A stretch of DNA of 63,397 nt, the filler included, from Octopus bimaculoides (Eukaryota): NCBI RefSeq assembly GCF_001194135.2. It is 5 parts of 5 records of this genome, joined end to end, with 100 filler letters (N's around TTAATTAATTAA, not from the genome) between each part and the next. Parts side by side here need not be neighbours in the genome. Positions count along the whole stretch, not along the records: positions 38,217 to 63,397 come from NC_068994.1; 4 more parts are not named here. The stretch is one strand, 5' to 3'. Every line of letters begins with the position of its first letter. Position 1 is the stretch's first letter. Position numbers and translations under genes: made by a program. Of this stretch, positions 62,004 through 63,397 are shown piece after piece. The notes below the pieces were generated by a model, which made no database searches, had not been told where the DNA came from, and saw nothing but the letters and a program-made list of their open reading frames with translations.

Positions 62004-62041
62004 GTCCTTTGAACACTTCACCAGTGAAAAACCATTCAGAG
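62004..62041 (+). CDS. Candidate 38-nt exon (PLNTSPVKNHSE), host gene unknown
   Basis: TTCTCACTAATTTAG acceptor with branch-like CTAAT, GAG|GTAAGG donor, open in phase 1-0. Confidence 0.25.
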
Positions 62042-63360
62042 GTAAGGATGAAGTCGAAACAACATTCAAAATATATTTACCTACAAAAGAAAACTGTTGG
62101 CGATTGGGGGGGTGGGGGTGAAAATGTTACTTCTAATGACGGGGACTATATTTTGAATGAGAAAACATGTTAGCGATATGTCGTATGTGGATTTGAACTC
62201 ATGACATAAATGACATGAAAAGTGACATTACTTCCCTGTAGACTTCATNNNNNNNNNNNNNNNNNNNNNNNNNNNNNNNNNNNNNNNNNNNNNNNNNNNN
62301 NNNNNNNNNNNNNNNNNNNNNNNNNNNNNNNNNNNNNNNNNNNNNNNNNNNNNNNNNNNNNNNNNNNNNNNNNNNNNNNNNNNNNNNNNNNNNNNNNNNN
62401 NNNNNNNNNNNNNNNNNNNNNNNNNNNNNNNNNNNNNNNNNNNNNNNNNNNNNNNNNNNNNNNNNNNNNNNNNNNNNNNNNNNNNNNNNNNNNNNNNNNN
62501 NNNNNNNNNNNNNNNNNNNNNNNNNNNNNNNNNNNNNNNNNNNNNNNNNNNNNNNNNNNNNNNNNNNNNNNNNNNNNNNNNNNNNNNNNNNNNNNNNNNN
62601 NNNNNNNNNNNNNNNNNNNNNNNNNNNNNNNNNNNNNNNNNNNNNNNNNNNNNNNNNNNNNNNNNNNNNNNNNNNNNNNNNNNNNNNNNNNNNNNNNNNN
62701 NNNNNNNNNNNNNNNNNNNNNNNNNNNNNNNNNNNNNNNNNNATATATATATATGTATGTATATAGTCAATGTTATTACGATAATAATATTTTTATTCTT
62801 TATCCAATCAAATTCACATGTTCGCATTACTGACAATTTGTTATTTTGTCTGTCATTTTGCCTTTTATCATATATTTTATATTATATTATATTATTCTGC
62901 TTTACTTTTCTATTATTTTTCCTCTTGTCCGTTAGTCGTTTTTCTTTCAATATTTTATTCACAGTTTCCCTTTGTGACAACTGTGTCTCTTTTTATTGAA
63001 TTGCTGGACTGGCAATACGTTTATATATTTTTTTCTTTTTGTCAATTTACGCTAAGTTCAATAGCAACTACCTTCATTTCATATAAACTGTTTTGTTCCT
63101 TCCTTATATTCTTCTTTGTATTTCCGCCTAAATACACACAAAGAGAGAAAACATATAGAGGCAAGAATATTCAAATATTTATTCCAACGCACATTACCAA
63201 TGTGTTTCAAATATTTACATCGATCTTATGTGATACGATGTGTAAGGTTTGTTTCTTATATGTGTAAAGACGATTATATGGAAATATGTGCATATTCATG
63301 TACGTCTGTATTTACGTACGCTTGCATAGATATGTATATAAATGTATATCGAATATATAC

Positions 63361-63397
<37 letters not shown>

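Noticed and set aside
1-63397. CRISPR arrays, operons, rRNA
   Set aside because: No constant-repeat/unique-spacer arrays or rRNA-like sequence; the DNA is eukaryotic and repeat-rich

Overview
AT-rich eukaryotic genomic DNA from a gapped draft assembly (about a fifth is N), saturated with microsatellites and decayed transposable elements. The SINE families resemble those I recall from Octopus genomes; that taxon call is inference. No intact protein-coding gene can be demonstrated. Most listed ORFs are microsatellite or N-run artefacts, or fragments of TE proteins. Recognisable elements are: several tRNA-derived SINE families (about 25 copies, labelled SINE-A to SINE-D here for convenience); R4/Dong-clade restriction-like-endonuclease LINEs (7 or more fragments); RTE, CR1/L2-group and L1/Tx1 LINE fragments; a Penelope-like element (PLE); Tc1, mariner and hATm-type transposase relics; and Helitron/HINE termini. 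The most notable observations are five. (1) A minimal hammerhead ribozyme motif lies in a PLE terminal repeat (33166-33212, minus strand) and is linked by shared sequence to the PLE reverse transcriptase at 20860-21771. (2) Two further hammerhead-like remnants lie near 7.1-7.5 kb. (3) Three R4 copies break at the same poly-Glu site, each with a different triplet array. (4) SINEs show modular head/tail exchange, and one SINE tail is shared with a LINE in the window. (5) A few weak plus-strand exon candidates suggest the window may be mostly intronic DNA of a large host gene.
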